Shown piece by piece: positions 63,139 through 64,000 of a stretch of 64,000 bases of DNA; the first letter of the stretch is position 1, and each line of letters opens with the position of its first letter. The position numbers were made by a program, and so were the translations under genes. The notes beneath the pieces were generated by a model. It ran no database searches. It was not told the origin of the DNA and saw only the letters and a program-made list of their open reading frames with translations. The stretch is from Blepharisma stoltei ATCC 30299 (lineage: Eukaryota > Protista > Ciliophora). The stretch covers positions 248,001 through 312,000 of the forward strand of contig CBFDEM010000045.1 in the NCBI GenBank assembly GCA_965603825.1, read 5' to 3'.

Positions 63139-63741
63139 TTAAACCAAATATTTAAAAACTGCAAGAGGGATCAAAATAGCTATAAATACCAAAACACATA
63201 TCAATGTGCATTTCAGAATTCTGATTTTAGTTCCTTGGCTTTCCCTTGCCTGGCTAAGCTCCTGCATGCCTTCATTGACATTATTATTTGCGACATCTAT
63301 ATTAGAAGCAACTACATTTAACGAGTGGTCTTGCAAGCTAGCAAGTCCAGAGGCTTCTTTCATTAGTTCGCTAACTGCCATCATTTTAAGCTCAATAGCA
63401 CTAACCTGTTTATTCCTTTCTTCTAGTATTGGCCTATTAAAATCATCTCTTACTAGAGCATCTTGGTATTGGAAAGGTTGTGTCCTTCGTGATAATTCTT
63501 GATATTCTTTTGTAAGTTCTAAATAATTTTGTTCTTTTCGCTTGAATTCTAGATTTGATGAAACATTTATGTAATTTAATTTTTCCAGCTTTGATCTGAT
63601 TGTTTCCATCATTTCTTTTTGCGATTTTTGTGTCATTTTGGCTGAGCCAAAATTAAGGACCGAGAGATCTTCTTTAATTTCAGCGCTTAATTGGTCAACA
63701 GAACTACCCAGCAAAGGCTCTTTATATGATGATTCTTTCAT
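63139..63741 (-). CDS. Syntaxin-like Q-SNARE, 200 aa
   Basis: SNARE heptads ERNKQVSAIE..LASLQDHSLNVVASNID..ELSQA with a zero-layer Q, and a C-terminal TM anchor. Confidence 0.88.
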   Translation of the reverse strand: MKESSYKEPLLGSSVDQLSAEIKEDLSVLNFGSAKMTQKSQKEMMETIRSKLEKLNYINVSSNLEFKRKEQNYLELTKEYQELSRRTQPFQYQDALVRDDFNRPILEERNKQVSAIELKMMAVSELMKEASGLASLQDHSLNVVASNIDVANNNVNEGMQELSQARESQGTKIRILKCTLICVLVFIAILIPLAVFKYLV

Positions 63742-63774
63742 TTTCTTATAAATTATGATTATTTATTAACTTTT

Positions 63775-64000
63775 CTAATGTAGTAGTCCTTTATGAGGAA
63801 TATATCGAAAAGAAATAACAGCAAATATAAAGATAGCAAGGAATAAAACTGATCCAAAAGAATTCTTTGGCATGAAAGTCCCAAGCATAATATATCCAAG
63901 CATAAGAGAAAACAGAATAAAAGGAGTATACCATCCCCAGATAGGCCAAAATGCAATATGTGCACACAAGTAGCAGAATCCTCCTATGGCAGATGCAAGT
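63775..64000 (-). CDS. 3' end of a multi-TM protein (TMEM128-like), 5' end off the window
   Basis: The frame is open to the window edge. IAFWPIWGWYTPFILF resembles the TMEM128-family motif. Confidence 0.65.
   Translation of the reverse strand, partial: LASAIGGFCYLCAHIAFWPIWGWYTPFILFSLMLGYIMLGTFMPKNSFGSVLFLAIFIFAVISFRYIPHKGLLH

Overview
AT-rich, gene-dense eukaryotic DNA that reads as a ciliate macronuclear chromosome segment, most consistent with the heterotrich Blepharisma (taxon is inferred). Two features explain the fragmented ORF track. (1) UGA is read as Trp (translation table 4) while TAA/TAG are stops; in-frame TGA repeatedly falls on invariant Trp positions and swaps with TGG between tandem paralogs. 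(2) Introns are tiny GT-AG elements: nine of exactly 15 nt, all with A at position 10, plus inferred 16, 17 and 19 nt ones and one stop-free cryptic candidate. Rebuilt this way the window holds about 30 protein genes. These include a ~3755-aa cysteine-repeat multi-TM surface protein, a 2142-aa acidic repeat protein, PEPCK(ATP), mitochondrial GPDH, an animal-type transketolase, Prp22/DHX8, a TTLL ligase, RBR and RNF10-like E3s, a PX-BAR sorting nexin, a t-SNARE and five kinases, one with an unusual Ubl-ankyrin-PH-AGC architecture. I saw no tRNA, rRNA, transposon, telomere or CRISPR element. One intergenic segment (46482-46626) folds by eye into a multi-helix RNA candidate. All domain calls are motif recognition by eye; no searches were run.
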